Shown: positions 48,533 to 59,559, counted from the whole stretch's first letter. The stretch: 63,842 nt of DNA, filler included, from Octopus bimaculoides (GCF_001194135.2; 9 parts of 8 records of this genome joined end to end with filler, not necessarily neighbours in it), one strand, 5' to 3'. A program made the numbers and translations. The notes: generated from the letters alone by a model not told the origin.

Positions 48533-49100
48533 CATACATACATACATACATATATACATACATATTCACACACATACATACATACGCACATGCATAACTG
48601 TATACCTACAAATATACGTATATACATATGTAACACATACATACATACGGACGCATATCTATGTGTGTGTATGTAGTTATATTTGTGTGTGTATATGTGT
48701 GTGTGTATATATGTGTATATATATGCGTGTATATATATGTGTATGTATGTGTGTGTATTTATATATATATTTATATATGTGTGTGTGTAAGCATGTATGT
48801 ATGTATTTATAGATATACACGCGAAGTCATAAATACAAACACGCATACATACACTCACATACACACACGCATACATACGTACATACATACTCACATACAT
48901 ACATACATACATACATATATACATACATACATACATATGAACATATACACACAAACGCATACATACATACATACATACATAGATGCATATACATGTACAT
49001 ACATGCACAAATACACACAAAAAGCGCACGTATACTCACACACTATAAACACATACACAAAAGCATACACGCACACACACACGCACACACACACACACCA
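48440..49100. repeat. Compound (AC)/(ATAC)/(TATG) microsatellite field
   Basis: Visible; source of the spurious His/Thr/Tyr ORFs. Confidence 0.95.
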
Positions 49101-50427
49101 CACACCACACGCCTCTCACCGACATACAATTGCGTCTATGAACATCACTTCAAGGCAGTACCTTTTTTTTTGTGTTTTTTTGTTTTTTTTGCGAAATCGC
49201 TTGCGGAAAACGCCAGAAGCCGGCAGGCATCAGCTGACATACATGACGGTAGGGGTGGGCATTTTCGAGTGGCTTACTTCTCTCTTCTCTACCTTATTAT
49301 TAAGGGCTTGTTGGCAGATGTGCAGATAAGGGTATATATATATATATATATATATNNNNNNNNNNNNNNNNNNNNNNNNNNNNNNNNNNNNNNNNNNNNN
49401 NNNNNNNNNNNNNNNNNNNNNNNNNNNNNNNNNNNNNNNNNNNNNNNNNNNNNNNNNNNNNNNNNNNNNNNNNNNNNNNNNNNNNNNNNNNNNNNNNNNN
49501 NNNNNNNNNNNNNNNNNNNNNNNNNNNNNNNNNNNNNNNNNNNNNNNNNNNNNNNNNNNNNNNNNNNNNNNNNNNNNNNNNNNNNNNNNNNNNNNNNNNN
49601 NNNNNNNNNNNNNNNNNNNNNNNNNNNNNNNNNNNNNNNNNNNNNNNNNNNNNNNNNNNNNNNNNNNNNNNNNNNNNNNNNNNNNNNNNNNNNNNNNNNN
49701 NNNNNNNNNNNNNNNNNNNNNNNNNNNNNNNNNNNNNNNNNNNNNNNNNNNNNNNNNNNNNNNNNNNNNNNNNNNNNNNNNNNNNNNNNNNNNNNNNNNN
49801 NNNNNNNNNNNNNNNNNNNNNNNNNNNNNNNNNNNNNNNNNNNNNNNNNNNNNNNNNNNNNNNNNNNNNNNNNNNNNNNNNNNNNNNNNNNNNNNNNNNN
49901 NNNNNNNNNNNNNNNNNNNNNNNNNNNNNNNNNNNNNNNNNNNNNNNNNNNNNNNNNNNNNNNNNNNNNNNNNNNNNNNNNNNNNNNNNNNNNNNNNNNN
50001 NNNNNNNNNNNNNNNNNNNNNNNNNNNNNNNNNNNNNNNNNNNNNNNNNNNNNNNNNNNNNNNNNNNNNNNNNNNNNNNNNNNNNNNNNNNNNNNNNNNN
50101 NNNNNNNNNNNNNNNNNNNNNNNNNNNNNNNNNNNNNNNNNNNNNNNNNNNNNNNNNNNNNNNNNNNNNNNNNNNATATATATTATTTTGCTTTAAAAGA
50201 GTTCCAACACTGTCTGTTTTTTATGTTTTATTTATATTCCTGCAGAACTAATGTGGGGTATAGAATATGGAATATACAATATATAATATAATATACAATA
50301 TATAATATAAAATAAAATAAAAATGGATGGCACCATGAAATAAAGTATTGAATGTAGATGAAATATTGAGTGTTCAATATAAAGGATCAAATATATAAAT
50401 ATATAAATATAAATATATATATATAAA

Positions 50428-50467
50428 GGCGACTCGAGTTTCAGGGCTATTTCCCTTCGTCATGGCC
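50428..50467 (-). ncRNA. Minimal type I hammerhead-like motif (Penelope type) with a 1-nt core insertion
   Basis: Minus strand GGC CATGACGA AGGG-AAATAG-CCCT GAAA CTCGAG TC GCC: stem I, core, stem II, GAAA, palindromic stem III and UH cleavage site. Confidence 0.65.
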
Positions 50468-50919
50468 GGTGTGACAAAACATACATACATACATTGGAAC
50501 GTACGTACGTATGTATGTATGTATGTATGTATGTATGTATGTCTTTGTATGTATGTATATGTAAGCCCTGTGCAATTTTTACCCTCCAAACCCTCTGCCA
50601 CCGAATAACAGAAAAAAAGGGGGGGGGAATTGAGGGCAAGTCTTAATCATATTGGAGTTGGCAGACTCCAGGGATTGGCTGAACACTAGAGGAGAGATTA
50701 TTGTATGGAGAAATGCATGACAGAGTAGAATGATGTGTAGAAGAGTTGAGGTCATGGTCGCGGTTTCGAACTGTAGTCGGATCCTCTTAGAATTACGGTC
50801 ACAACTTGAAGAGAGGAATTTATTATGATGAAGATTATTAATTAAGATTAAAAGTAATTTAAGTTCATGCTCCTTTTCGTCCACTCCCCAGTCCTTTACC
50901 CCCCTCTTCATTCCCTTCC

Positions 50920-51117
50920 TTTTGCTACAAAGACAGTCAAAGGGATTAAGTCGATTATATCGTCGCCAGTGCGTAACTGGTACTTAATTTTTATCGACCC
51001 CGAAAGGATGAAAGGCAAAGTCGACCTCGGCGGAATTTGAACTCAGAACGTAACGGCTGACGAAATACCGCTAAACATTTCACCCAGCCTTCTAACGTTT
51101 CTGCCAGCTCGCCGTTC
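50920..51117 (-). mobile_element. SINE family B, well preserved
   Basis: Nearly identical to 1428-1636. Confidence 0.9.
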
Positions 51118-51759
51118 TAAGGTAGCTACATATTAACATAGTTTGAAATGCAGCTCTAGGGTGATTTAAGCTACGAGGAAAGAAAGAATTGTAGTACTTT
51201 TAGTAACTTCACTCCATCCCCCCATTTCTTCAAGAATATTCAAACAATAATGGGTCATAGGGGAAGCCTGTCCGCAGGCTGTCAAGCATGCTAGATCTAG
51301 CAGCCAAGATTCCTTATAATACATTCTAACGTCTAGTACGAAAAAAGATAATGTAACCATCGACATAAAAATGCAAGACAAAAACTGGATTATCTAATGC
51401 GGTAACATCTTTGATCTGTTCGAGTAAGACTATCCTTGGGCTAAATGATAACAGCAGTTAAATATAAACAACAATAATGCCAACAACAGTAGCATTAAAA
51501 AAAAAACTATATCAGTCAATATCTGTGACGATCTCTTAGGGCAATGTTACATTCGTAACATTGCCAAAACTGTATCCCCTTCAGGGCAGGAAATACTTCA
51601 GTCTTGATCAGATGCTGTGTCGATACAAAGCTAAAGAGCGACCTCATTAGGACCACATCGATATCGCCGTCTGGCAGGGCCCTGTAAGAGCCATAAGCAC
51701 TTTCCCATCTGTGACTAATTAATTAAAAAATAAAATATCAGCTTCAACATATTTAGCCA

Positions 51760-52256
51760 CGGGCAACAAAAGCACCAACAGGAACGCCGCCACCATTACT
51801 CGTCACAACAATAACACCAACAACAATTACAACTGTGGCACTAACAGCAATACCACAAGTAATACCGTCGCCACCACTACCACCACGACCAATACCACCA
51901 CCAACAACAACAGCAATAACACTGCTGCAGCTGATGCCAGCATCATCACCATCGACTAGAACAAAAATGGTAACAAGAATAGCATCAAGCCCAACATCAC
52001 TACAGCCACCAACAACAATAACAGCATCAGCACCAGTGCCACCACTACCTGCATCAACAGCAACAACAACAACGGCGTCAACATCATCATCACCATCAGC
52101 ACTAAGAACAAAAGCATCATTGTCATCACCACAACCAACAACAATGACAATATTAATAACACCAACACCAACACCACCAGTAACAACAACCACAATAACA
52201 ACCACAGCACAACTACCACCACCACCACCACCACCACTACCACCATCACCACCACC

Positions 52257-52301
<45 letters not shown>

Positions 52302-52312
52302 ACCAAAACCAA
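51760..52312. repeat. ACC/AAC low-complexity array
   Basis: Triplet-derived; gives spurious Thr/Pro-rich ORFs. Confidence 0.85.
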
Positions 52313-52466
52313 ATCTACAAGGAAGTTTGCCGCAAGTTTTTGAGTCAGGTTTTTGGTTTGTGGGTANNNNNNNNNNNNNNNNNNNNNNNNNNNNNNNNNN
52401 NNNNNNNNNNTTAATTAATTAANNNNNNNNNNNNNNNNNNNNNNNNNNNNNNNNNNNNNNNNNNNN

Positions 52467-53268
52467 ATGAGCCAGTCCAAGGGCACTGGCAACAATCTCG
52501 CTTGAAAATCCTACGACAGCCCCGCACAAGAGCCAGCTCAGGGGCACTGACAACGATCTCGCTCGAAAAATTTCATGTGTCACCCGCACAAGAGCCAGTC
52601 CAGGGGCACTGGCAACGATCTCGCTCAAAAATCCCACGACGGCCACACACAAGAGCCGGTCCATGGGCACCGGCTACGATCTCGCTCGAAAAATTTCATG
52701 TGTCATCCGCACAAGAGCCAGTCCAGGGGCACTGGCAACAATCTCGATCGAAAATCCCACGAAGGCCAGCCAGCCGGCAACNNNNNNNNNNCACTGGCAA
52801 CGATCTCACTCGAAAATCCTACGACGGCCCCGCACAAGAGCCAGTCCAGGGGCACTGGCAACGATCTCGCTCGAAAATCCTACGAAGGCCAGTCAGGCGG
52901 TACTGGCAACGGCCACTCTCAATGGTGTATTTTATGTGCCACCCGCACAAGAGCCAGTCCAGGGGCACCGGCAACGTTCTCGCTCGAAGGTCCATACACG
53001 TGCTGCAGGCACAAGTGCCAGAAAGGCGACGCTGGGCACAGGTGCCATCACGATTTCAATTTCGCTTGCCCCAATAAGTCTTCGCAAGCTGAGTTTTGTG
53101 TCCAATGAAGGAGACGGCGTTGGCATGGGTGCCAGTCGTTGAATTTAACACGATTTCGATTTCACTTTCCTCAACAGGTCTTCGCAAGTGTAGTTTAGTG
53201 TCCAATTTAACTTGATCTCGATTTCACTTGCCTCAACAGGTCTTCGCAAGTGGAGTTTAGTGTCCAAT
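52467..53268 (-). mobile_element. Family D element with internal tandem arrays of ~60-bp units
   Basis: At least seven ACAAGAGCCAGTCCAGGGGCACTGGCAACGATCTCGCTCGAAAA units, then three GATTTC..CTT..GTCTTCGCAAG..TTTAGTGTCCAA-type units. Confidence 0.85.
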
Positions 53269-53309
53269 TGTAATAAAATGAAAAGCAATATATGATAGTA
53301 TTACTATCA

Positions 53310-54000
53310 AGCAACAAAATATAATTATATCATATTTCTATCATGAAATTGTCCAAAGCACCCTTTACACAAGGGTACTTTGCAAAAAGAACATATAAAT
53401 GAAGTTTCAACATTATACCTTTTGCAGTTTTACCTTTTTCCAGCAAAGACAATCTGCAAACTTTTTTCCTTCCATTTATTTTTTCAATTTTATGGAAGTT
53501 AATATTTTCTCTGTTGACATCCACCTCAGTTAATTTTGCTTTTCTTCCAGTTCTGTGCTTTCTGGAAGAAAAGCTCTCATGTAACTGAGATGCGATGTCA
53601 ACCTTATAGCTTATCATGGCTTCATCTACACAGATCTTTCCCAGGCAGATACACTTTTGTACTTATCACAAAGTAAATCAATAACAGGATGCACTTTATA
53701 CAGAGGGGTCTTAGTTTGGATCATTAGCAGAATCGGATAAATGTAAATATTGAGATATTTTTGAATACCTTGTTTTCGACATAATGCTAGAGATAGGATC
53801 ACCATACCCGACTCCAGTAGTTCTACAGTCAAGGAAGCTTTTTGATACCATACATAATGTTCATGGTAAAAAAAGCTTACATTTCTGCAATGTCAGTTGG
53901 CTGCCATAGTAGATTGGGTCTTCCATGAATAGAAATCATGCATTGAGCATATTTATTCATTATTGTTTGTATTGATTTTGGTATGGATGTGTTGCAGCCA
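53310..54000 (-). pseudogene. Internally deleted piggyBac (PGBD4-like) transposase remnant
   Basis: WQPTDIAEM..GIKKLP..YWS..YLHLSD..DPLYKVHPVIDLL..ICVDEAMISYK fused directly to C-terminal DIASQL..RKKVC..CSFCKVPLCKGCF (Cys-rich domain). Confidence 0.85.
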
Positions 54001-54917
54001 TTTTGTTTTGAGCCATTTGGGTTTTTTTTTTATATTAGTGGTATTAAAAAAAAACATCAAGCAAAACTTGGCAATAACCAGTGTTCAATTTACAAATTTT
54101 TCTGTAGCATTATTGGTTTGGTCTGAGGAAGGACTATGTCTCTGGCCTTTGTAGGCTTTGCAAGAAGAGTGAGATTGATACAACTAAAGTTCTTTTTGAA
54201 CAATTCAACAGGAAAACATGCAGTAGTAAATGCCAGGAAGCCAGCAGGAGTGAATTCCAGAATACATGCAGGAGTAAATTCCAGAAGGCCTCTGAGTGCA
54301 GAATACAGGTGGAGACTTATGTTTACATAAGTGAGGCAAGCTAGCTTTGAGGAATTGAGGCTACTATAGTAGCTAGCTGTAGGAAAGGCACATGAAGTGG
54401 ACATTATGTTGCTGGGTCATAGCTGGAGTATATCTACAAATGACTTCATACCAACCAGTCAAGTAGCTTTTCTGTAGAATGCAGTCTGTAATGTGCATGT
54501 ATGTGGCAGCACCATAGTTGCAGATATAGGAGCAGTAACCCATTGGGCATATCACTTTAACTTCATAAAGGGTTACTAAATTTTGGGTTGAAGAGGACAC
54601 AAAGTTTTTGTGAAGCAGTCACCAGTGCTATGTTGAGAATGTACTCTGGCCAGAAGAGATCTTCACTGAGTGTAAGGACTTGAATTTGAAGTGATTGTGA
54701 GGATTCTAGGTATATTTTTGTGTCCTGGTTTTTTTTTTTTTTTTTTTTTTTTGGTATTGAAGGAGACAAGACTAGTATGATCTCATTGAAGATATTTTTG
54801 AGGTCTCTGTTCAATTAGTCAGTGCAATATTTTCATGGAGGTGTGTAGGTTATATGTGGATGACATTGGAATAGATTCACTTGTCTTTGTTCAACATTAT
54901 TTATTTAACAATCTGTC

Positions 54918-55185
54918 AAAGGCTACCTGGGAGATTCAAACCCCAAACTTATGTAAACATGACAAACATTCTACCATTGGATCAAAGGGATCCTTCAAAG
55001 TTCTCTATCCATTTTAGAAGCTTTGTTCTTTGCTGCAAGAGTTGTATGATGTGTATAAGAACTTAAAAACTTCATGCAATTCTCACTAGTAAGAACAAAG
55101 GTTCTAAAATGGATAGAGAAATTTCAAAGGACTGCTTTGATCCAATAGTAGAACATCTATTATGTTTAGAGATTTGTTTTCCCCA
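54918..55185. mobile_element. Palindromic element with two divergent tRNA-like heads
   Basis: Arms 54969-55030 and 55091-55153; the minus arm continues into TGATCCAATGG..GGTTTGAATC (A/B-box-like). Related copy at ~42745-42870. Confidence 0.55.
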
Positions 55186-55337
55186 GGTTGCCATCAACTT
55201 TTTATATAAAAAGCATTTTTCAACCCAATATTTACATGCTATTATTTATAGCTTTAGCTATTTCAAAATCAGCATATGATTTAAATGGTTTTTCTTATAT
55301 GATTGACAGAGAAGTTGAGTTTAACCATAGGCATTAA

Positions 55338-55395
55338 AAGCCGCTGATGAGAATTAAGGCGTTCAAAACCAGGATTCAAAATCACGATACGGCTT
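55338..55395 (+). ncRNA. Decayed type I hammerhead-like motif
   Basis: AAGCCG CTGATGA GAAT-TAAGGC-GTTC AAAA(G12>A) CCAGGATT-CAA-AATCACGA TA CGGCTT; 6-bp stem I is perfect, stem III has three mismatches. Confidence 0.5.
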
Positions 55396-55699
55396 CATAT
55401 GGTAGGGACTTACTTCCCTTTGTTAGTCATTAAATTAGTGCTTTATGGCTTTATAGTTAATTTAACTCTTAACTTAGCATAATCGGTGCTGACCAGCACC
55501 CTTCGTGACTTCTATTAATTTTGCCTTTATATATATANNNNNNNNNNNNNNNNNNNNNNNNNNNNNNNNNNNNNNNNNNNNTTAATTAATTAANNNNNNN
55601 NNNNNNNNNNNNNNNNNNNNNNNNNNNNNNNNNNNNNGACATATACAATGGATAAAAAATATCAACTTAAATGACAATTACAGAAGGAATCAAGCACAA

Positions 55700-57024
55700 T
55701 CAAGAAAAACAAATGTACAAAATCGATATGGAAGACCATAAATTAACAGAGAAAATGTCCTCGGATATATAAATAGTAATGAAAGGAAAACTTTGAAAAA
55801 TTATTTTTTAGATCCAACCAACAGAGTACTTGCACCAGATGGTACAAACCAAAGATAATTAACCTATCAAAGAAATCTTTTTCAGTAGAAAAGATTACTA
55901 TTTTGTCAAAAAGCCTGAAGTTTACGCCAATACTGCAGCACTCTAACACCGTGAAATACAGAATGACATTTCACAGTTCTGTAGAAAACTACGCCTAACA
56001 GAGGAATTGTACGATAAAGAAATCAGGGACGATTTAGTTGTAAGAAACAGAAACAAGAGCTATTACAAGCCTACGAAAGGTAAGAATAAAGCTTTAGATT
56101 AATTTTGTGATTTTATTTCTATCTTCCCTTATAAAGACCTCCCACACCCTAAGATCAATCCCAATTGAAGTCAAAAGGAANNNNNNNNNNTAAAGACCTC
56201 CCACACCCTAAGATCAATCCCAATTGAAGTCAAAAGGAATGGAATATTATACACAGACTGAAATAATTATTTCTTTATTACACAAGGAAGCAGAAAAGGG
56301 AAATGCAATAATTATTATGGATATTGAACACTGCAAAAGAGATATATTATAAGATATGACCCACTATGAAAAGGTAAATAATTACCAAAAAACAAAAACA
56401 CTGACTAANNNNNNNNNNNNNNNNNNNNNNNNNNNNNNNNNNNNNNNNNNNNNNNNNNNNNNNNNNNNNNNNNNNNNNNNNNNNNNNNNNNNNNNNNNNN
56501 NNNNNNNNNNNNNNNNNNNNNNNNNNNNNNNNNNNNNNNNNNNNNNNNNNNNNNNNNNNNNNNNNNNNNNNNNNNNNNNNNNNNNNNNNNNNNNNNNNNN
56601 NNNNNNNNNNNNNNNNNNNNNNNNNNNNNNNNNNNNNNNNNNNNNNNNNNNNNNNNNNNNNNNNNNNNNNNNNNNNNNNNNNNNNNNNNNNNNNNNNNNN
56701 NNNNNNAAATGGTGTATTTTATGTGCCACCCACACAAGAGCCAGTCCAGGGGCACTTACCTTCCACAATTCCTACACCAACAGTCAAAAACTGTGGCCAC
56801 CCCAATTGCGGGACCTGCATTAACCTTATTGAAGACACAAAACACAAATTCAAATCNNNNNNNNNNGCGGGACCTGCATTAACCTTATTGAAGACACAAA
56901 ACACAAATTCAAATCAGGACATACTTTTACTGTAAAATAATCACTTTACATGTTCTTCAAGGAATTTAATATATGCTATCAAAAGTCAAGGATGTAATGA
57001 AGATTACATAGGTCAAACAAACCT
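55700..57024 (+). mobile_element. Penelope-like element: RT N-terminal region and GIY-YIG endonuclease fragments
   Basis: IINLSKK..LSKSLKFTP..DISQFCRKLRL..KGNAIIIMD..YEKV, then after a gap VKNCGHPNCGTC..FTCSSRNLIYAI..GCNEDYIGQT; stops and frameshifts. Confidence 0.88.
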
Positions 57025-58272
57025 TNNNNNNNNNNNNNNNNNNNNNNNNNNNNNNNNNNNNNNNNNNNNNNNNNNNNNNNNNNNNNNNNNNNNNNNNNNN
57101 NNNNNNNNNNNNNNNNNNNNNNNNNNNNNNNNNNNNNNNNNNNNNNNNNNNNNNNNNNNNNNNNNNNNNNNNNNNNNNNNNNNNNNNNNNNNNNNNNNNN
57201 NNNNNNNNNNNNNNNNNNNNNNNNNNNNNNNNNNNNNNNNNNNNNNNNNNNNNNNNNNNNNNNNNNNNNNNNNNNNNNNNNNNNNNNNNNNNNNNNNNNN
57301 NNNNNNNNNNNNNNNNNNNNNNNNNNNNNNNNNNNNNNNNNNNNNNNNNNNNNNNNNNNNNNNNNNNNNNNNNNNNNNNNNNNNNNNNNNNNNNNNNNNN
57401 NNNNNNNNNNNNNNNNNNNNNNNNNNNNNNNNNNNNNNNNNNNNNNNNNNNNNNNNNNNNNNNNNNNNNNNNNNNNNNNNNNNNNNNNNNNNNNNNNNNN
57501 NNNNNNNNNNNNNNNNNNNNNNNNNNNNNNNNNNNNNNNNNNNNNNNNNNNNNNNNNNNNNNNNNNNNNNNNNNNNNNNNNNNNNNNNNNNNNNNNNNNN
57601 NNNNNNNNNNNNNNNNNNNNNNNNNNNNNNNNNNNNNNNNNNNNNNNNNNNNNNNNNNNNNNNNNNNNNNNNNNNNNNNNNNNNNNNNNNNNNNNNNNNN
57701 NNNNNNNNNNNNNNNNNNNNNNNNNNNNNNNNNNNNNNNNNNNNNNNNNNNNNNNNNNNNNNNNNNNNNNNNNNNNNNNNNNNNNNNNNNNNNNNNNNNN
57801 NNNNNNNNNNNNNNNNNNNNNNNNNNNNNNNNNNNNNNNNNNNNNNNNNNNNNNNNNNNNNNNNNNNNNNNNNNNNNNNNNNNNNNNNNNNNNNNNNNNN
57901 NNNNNNNNNNNNNNNNNNNNNNNNNNNNNNNNNNNNNNNNNNNNNNNNNNNNNNNNNNNNNNNNNNNNNNNNNNNNCACGTCTTTCTATTTCAACCTTTT
58001 GAAAATCAGTGTAAACTGTGAAACTAGTTAATGCTTCAAATATAATATTAAAAAATATTTTAACTATTCTCAGTGCATTTTGAACTTCTATTTTTCATAT
58101 ACTTCTACCCATGTGGAATAAAATAACTTTGTTTCCTATATATATAATATATACATACCTACATANNNNNNNNNNNNNNNNNNNNNNNNNNNNNNNNNNN
58201 NNNNNNNNNTTAATTAATTAANNNNNNNNNNNNNNNNNNNNNNNNNNNNNNNNNNNNNNNNNNNNGGGGGCG

Positions 58273-58541
58273 TGTGGTGTTATGGGCTGTGATGAGCTAT
58301 GTGTTGAGGTGGAGAGGGGTGAGGCAAACAGAGGTGAAGCCAGACCGGAAGGGTCAGATCGGAAGTCGGCGACACGCGGTCGAAGGCTAGCACGTGGGGC
58401 CAGTGAGAAAACAGCGACGTTACGAGAAAGACGTGTTCTGATTAGGAGCGATCGTGTACCCCGCTGCGGTCGGCAAGGTACGGTCCAACGCTTCATTCTG
58501 TCCTTTTGCTTCTTGTTGTCTTCTTCCTCCATCGCACCACA
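58273..58541 (+). mobile_element. Probable 3' LTR of an LTR retrotransposon at a scaffold edge
   Basis: Starts TGTGGTG and ends CACCACA (7-bp inverted termini), preceded by PPT-like GGGGGCG; GC- and CpG-rich against its neighbours; no TSD or clear AATAAA. Confidence 0.5.
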
Positions 58542-58559
58542 ATATGTAAATTTGTATTG

Positions 58560-58930
58560 CTGACTCCTCAGTATATTGTGGGTTTCTGTGGCCGATAGGT
58601 ATTCATATTTTTTAGATTCTAATTATTTCGGTGGTAAAATAAGCATTTTCATGCTTAAAAATTAATAAATTAATAGATAAAAATACAGCACAGTACTACA
58701 CTATATAACACATTAATTAAAATATATTAAAAGAAAATACTTAGTGTACCTAGATGAGTAAACAAAGAATCACACATACTGTATGGGAAACAAAACTCCT
58801 AAGAGTGTGGGGAGAGTTTATAAAAGCTTAAATATATAAAAATAGTTTTAAAAAATATACAGTACAGTACTGTTTTTACTTCGGATTTTGACTTATTGTG
58901 GCAGGGTTTTGGAACGTCAAGGGATTACTG
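58560..58930. mobile_element. Tigger/pogo-like MITE, same family as 47650, CpG-decayed
   Basis: CAGTACAGTACTGTTTTTACTTC..GGATTTTGACTTATTGTGG..GGGATTACTG|TA matches the reverse complement of 47650-47735. Confidence 0.75.
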
Positions 58931-59559
58931 TATAGGATATGTTCTCTGATATTGCGGAAAGCTTGTCTGGATGTAAGAAACATGATTAAATGAAAATCAC
59001 CTAACTGGACACACTACCTATCCATAACCCTTACCTGTTTTCAAGTAAGGAGTTTTTATATTTCATACATCTGTGAAGGCATGAAGTGAATGGACAACAA
59101 TAACAATACTGCTTGTAGTGACTATTGTAGAGCACAATGCACATAAGTGCATATGATGGGCTCCTTTCAGCTTCATCATCCTTTAACGTCTGTTTTCTTT
59201 GCTGGCATGAGTTAGACAGAAAAAACTGGATAGCAAGCTGCTACAAGAGATCAAACCTATACCGCTCAACCACCAGTTAAGCATGCTGTACAATTAAGCT
59301 AAGTGTCCTATTACGATTATTTATAGATAGTTTCTGTCTACAAATTCACTCATGAGGTTTTAAGCAGCCTGAGGTTAAAATGGATGACACTTGCCCGAAG
59401 TGCCATGGAGTGGAGCTGAGCCTGAAACTACTTGGCTGGGACACTGACTTCTTAACCACATAGCCATGCAAATATTTTGTCTTCTGTTCTAATAACTCTG
59501 TTTGCCCTGTGAAGGGAAAGGAATTTAGTTATAAATGTTTTTCAGTAATAATGAAGAAA

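Noticed and set aside
48336-49329. Long His/Thr/Tyr/Val/Cys ORFs such as 48661-49329 (222 aa)
   Set aside because: Translations of AC/AT/ATAC microsatellites; the same applies to most ORFs in the track and to all X-filled ORFs spanning gaps.
52467-53268. CRISPR-like repeat-spacer appearance
   Set aside because: The spacers are only two recurring variants, no cas genes are present, the context is eukaryotic and the unit is part of a dispersed retroelement.
56126-56239. Direct 49-bp duplication around a 10-N gap (also 56808-56915)
   Set aside because: Identical sequence on both sides of a minimal gap is typical of unmerged contig overlap.
55338-57024. Hammerhead plus Penelope ORF as one element
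   Set aside because: They are separated by an artificial linker (55538-55637), so they lie on different scaffolds.
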